A stretch of DNA of 47,957 nucleotides, from assembly GCA_035640335.1 (NCBI GenBank), contig DASQWH010000042.1:1-47957 (forward strand). Reading direction: 5' to 3'. Under the pieces are notes generated by a model, which worked only from the letters and a program-made list of their open reading frames with translations, was not told the DNA's origin and made no database searches. Numbering within the stretch: the stretch's first letter is position 1; each line of letters begins with the position of its first letter. Shown piece by piece: positions 45,793 through 47,957 of this stretch. The position numbers were made by a program, and so were the translations under genes. The DNA comes from Gaiellaceae bacterium (GTDB taxonomy: Bacteria > Actinomycetota > Thermoleophilia > Gaiellales > Gaiellaceae).

Positions 45793-45796
<4 letters not shown>

Positions 45797-47253
45797 TCGA
45801 GACCTCCGACGTCGAGGACGGCCGTCTTCAGGTCGGTCATGTCGAGCATCGTGTAACGCCCGCCGATCCGGCCCCACCCGGTCCGCGTCCCCGAGGCGCC
45901 GCCGAACGGTTCGTGCGCCTCCCAGTAGTCCGTCGAGTCGTTGACGACGACGTTGCCGACCCGCAGGTTGTCGAGGTAGCGGAAGGCCCGCTTCAGGCTC
46001 GACGTGTAGACCGCGGCCTGGAGGCCGAGGTGCGAGTCGTTCGCCACCTCGAGCGCCTCGTCGTCACCGGCGACGGTGATCAGCGGCACGATCGGGCCGA
46101 ACGTTTCGTCGCGGTTGATGAGCGTGTCGACCCCGACGGCGTCGACGACCGTCGGCTGGTAGTAGAGCTCGGTCGGGCGCTCCGAGTCGCGGCTCCCGCC
46201 GAGCACGACGGACGCGCCCTTCTCGACTGCATCCTCGAGATGCCGGTCCATCTTCTGCGCGGTCGGCTCGTTGTTCATCGGCCCCACGAGCGTGTCGTCG
46301 TCGAACGGGTCGCCGAGTTTCCAGTCGCCGGCCTCATCGACGACGGCCTGCAGGAAGTCGTCGTGCACGTTGCGGTCGACCAGCACTCGCTCGGTCGCGC
46401 AGCAGACCTGCCCGGCGCAGAAGAACCCGCCGAAGACGGCTCCCTTCGCCGCCGCCTGCAGGTCGGCGTCCTCGCAGACGATGACGGGGCCGTTACCGCT
46501 CGCCTCGATGAGCGTGCGCTTGAGGCCGGCCGCGCGGACGATCTTCTCCGCGGTGGTGTGCGAGCCGACGAAGCCGACGCAATCGATGTTCTCGTCGGTG
46601 ATCAGCCGTTCGCCGACCTCGCCGCCGCCGTACACGACGTTGACGACTCCTTCGGGCAGGCCGGCGTCGGCCATCGCCTGCATGAAGGTCGCCATCGCGA
46701 TCGGCGTCCACTCGGAGGGCTTCATGACGATCGTGTTCCCCGCGGCGATGCCCGGCGCGATCAGCTCGACCGGGATCAGCGTCGGGAAGTTCCACGGCGT
46801 GATCCCTGCGTAGACGCCGTTCGGCTTGCGGAAGGTGAGGATCCGCTTGTTGACGTCTTGCGAAGGGATGATGGCCGTCTCCATCCGCTTCACGTCCTCC
46901 GCGGCGATGCGGAAGTTCTCGGCCGTCTCCTCGATGTCCGGAATCGCCTCGGCCGCGAACGGCTTGCCCTGCTCGAGCGTGAGCTCACGGGCCACGTCTT
47001 CCTTGCGCTCGTCGATCAGGTCGGCGATTGCGTGACAGATCGACGCCCGATCCCAGGCCGAGAGGGCGGCCCAGCGGGGCTGAGCCTTCCGAGCGGCGCG
47101 CGCCGCGCGGGCGACGTCCTCCGGCCCGGCGTCGGGCACCTCGGCGAGGGTCTCGCCCGTGACCGGCGAGACGATCTGCCTGACGTGCTCGCCGGTCGAT
47201 TCGACCCACTCGCCGCCAACGAAGTTCTGAAGGGTGCGGACGGTCGTTGCCAT
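45793..47253 (-). CDS. NAD(P)-dependent aldehyde dehydrogenase
   Basis: ATG 47253 after gaaaggag. NFVGGEWV, ITPWNFP, catalytic FFCAGQVCCATERV, and EASGNGP. Confidence 0.88.
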
Positions 47254-47269
47254 GGAGCTCCTTTCGGTT

Positions 47270-47957
47270 TCAAACACCCGGCACGACGGCCGCCTGGCGG
47301 CGGGCATGTTCCGTGCCGCGGAGGACGAGGTAGGCGACGACGATCGCCACGAGCGTGAGCGCGAGGATCATCGCGGCGGTCGCGTTCACGATCGGGGAGA
47401 CGCCGAAGCGAAGCGACGAGAAGATGCGCAGTGGCAGCGTCGTCGTCCCCGCACCGGAGACGAAGAACGACGTGATGAAATCGTCGAACGAGAACGTGAA
47501 GGCCAGGAGTCCGCCCGCGAGGATCGCGGGCGCGAGGCGCGGCAGGGTCACCTGCCGAAACGTCGAGACCGGGCCGGCGCCCAGGTCGTACGACGCCTCT
47601 TCGAGCGACTGGCCCATCCCGACAAAGCGTGCGCGCACGATCAGCGCGACAACCGAGGCGTTGAAGACGACGTGCGCGAACAGGATCGTCTTCAGTCCGA
47701 GCGGGATGCCGACCTGCACGAAGAAGATCAGCGCCGAGACGCCGAAGACGATCTCGGGCGTGACGAGGGTCATGTAGACGAGCGCGTCGAGCGGCGTCCG
47801 CACGACGCCCGGCAGCCGAGGTAGCGCGAGCGCGAACAGCGTCCCCAGCACGGACGCGAGGACGGCGTTGCCCGAGGCGACTAGCAGGCTGTTGCGGAAC
47901 GGCTCGGTGATCGTCGGGTCGTGGAGCGCCTCGCCGAACCATTTCGTCGAGAAGCCT
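47270..47957 (-). CDS. ABC transporter permease, spermidine/putrescine PotC-like (5' end off-window)
   Basis: The frame stays open upstream of the ORF-track start: ...STKWFGEALHDPTITEPFRNSLLVASGNAVLASVLGTLFALAL... EAA-type loop GQSLEEASYDLGAGPVSTFRQVTLPRLAP. Confidence 0.8.
   Translation of the reverse strand, partial: GFSTKWFGEALHDPTITEPFRNSLLVASGNAVLASVLGTLFALALPRLPGVVRTPLDALVYMTLVTPEIVFGVSALIFFVQVGIPLGLKTILFAHVVFNASVVALIVRARFVGMGQSLEEASYDLGAGPVSTFRQVTLPRLAPAILAGGLLAFTFSFDDFITSFFVSGAGTTTLPLRIFSSLRFGVSPIVNATAAMILALTLVAIVVAYLVLRGTEHARRQAAVVPGV

Overview
Very GC-rich chromosomal segment of actinobacterial (monoderm) type, judged by eye rather than computed, with about 50 protein genes. I recognised no rRNA, tRNA, CRISPR array, transposase or integrase.

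**Layout, left to right**
- (1) 1-8.2 kb: the end of a repeat-rich anchored protein, then gloA-like glyoxalase, a BNR/Asp-box propeller, a methyltransferase, a TPR plus class III cyclase, a second secreted propeller, DUF167, GST, GNAT and a small hypothetical.
- (2) 8.2-14.9 kb: minus-strand purine cluster purA ... purD-purE-purB-purC-purS-purQ, tightly coupled by GTGA/ATGA-type overlaps.
- (3) 15.1-19.1 kb: rpsF-ssb-rpsR-rplI-dnaB. dnaB carries a 169-aa mini-intein and L9 carries an acidic tail.
- (4) 19.2-31.2 kb: the unusual region (below).
- (5) 31.3-36 kb: a yceI / FMN reductase / ABC-2 exporter operon, divergent from marR-GNAT.
- (6) 36-48 kb: small membrane proteins, a Ser/Arg-rich PRC-barrel/DUF2795 protein, a cNMP-binding protein plus a flavoprotein, Gfo/Idh/MocA, galK, a sugar ABC importer, an aldehyde dehydrogenase and a partial polyamine-type permease.

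**The unusual region (19.2-31.2 kb)**
- Two giant paralogous Calx-beta repeat proteins have 11 and 16 units of 111-112 aa.
- Each ends in a poly-proline stalk and a shared basic C-terminal module of about 100 aa.
- They bracket an Amidase_3 gene and a proline-rich membrane protein.
- Two genes in this locus lack a canonical in-frame start next to a homopolymer run.

Most long ORFs on the opposite strand of real genes are high-GC shadow ORFs and were rejected.
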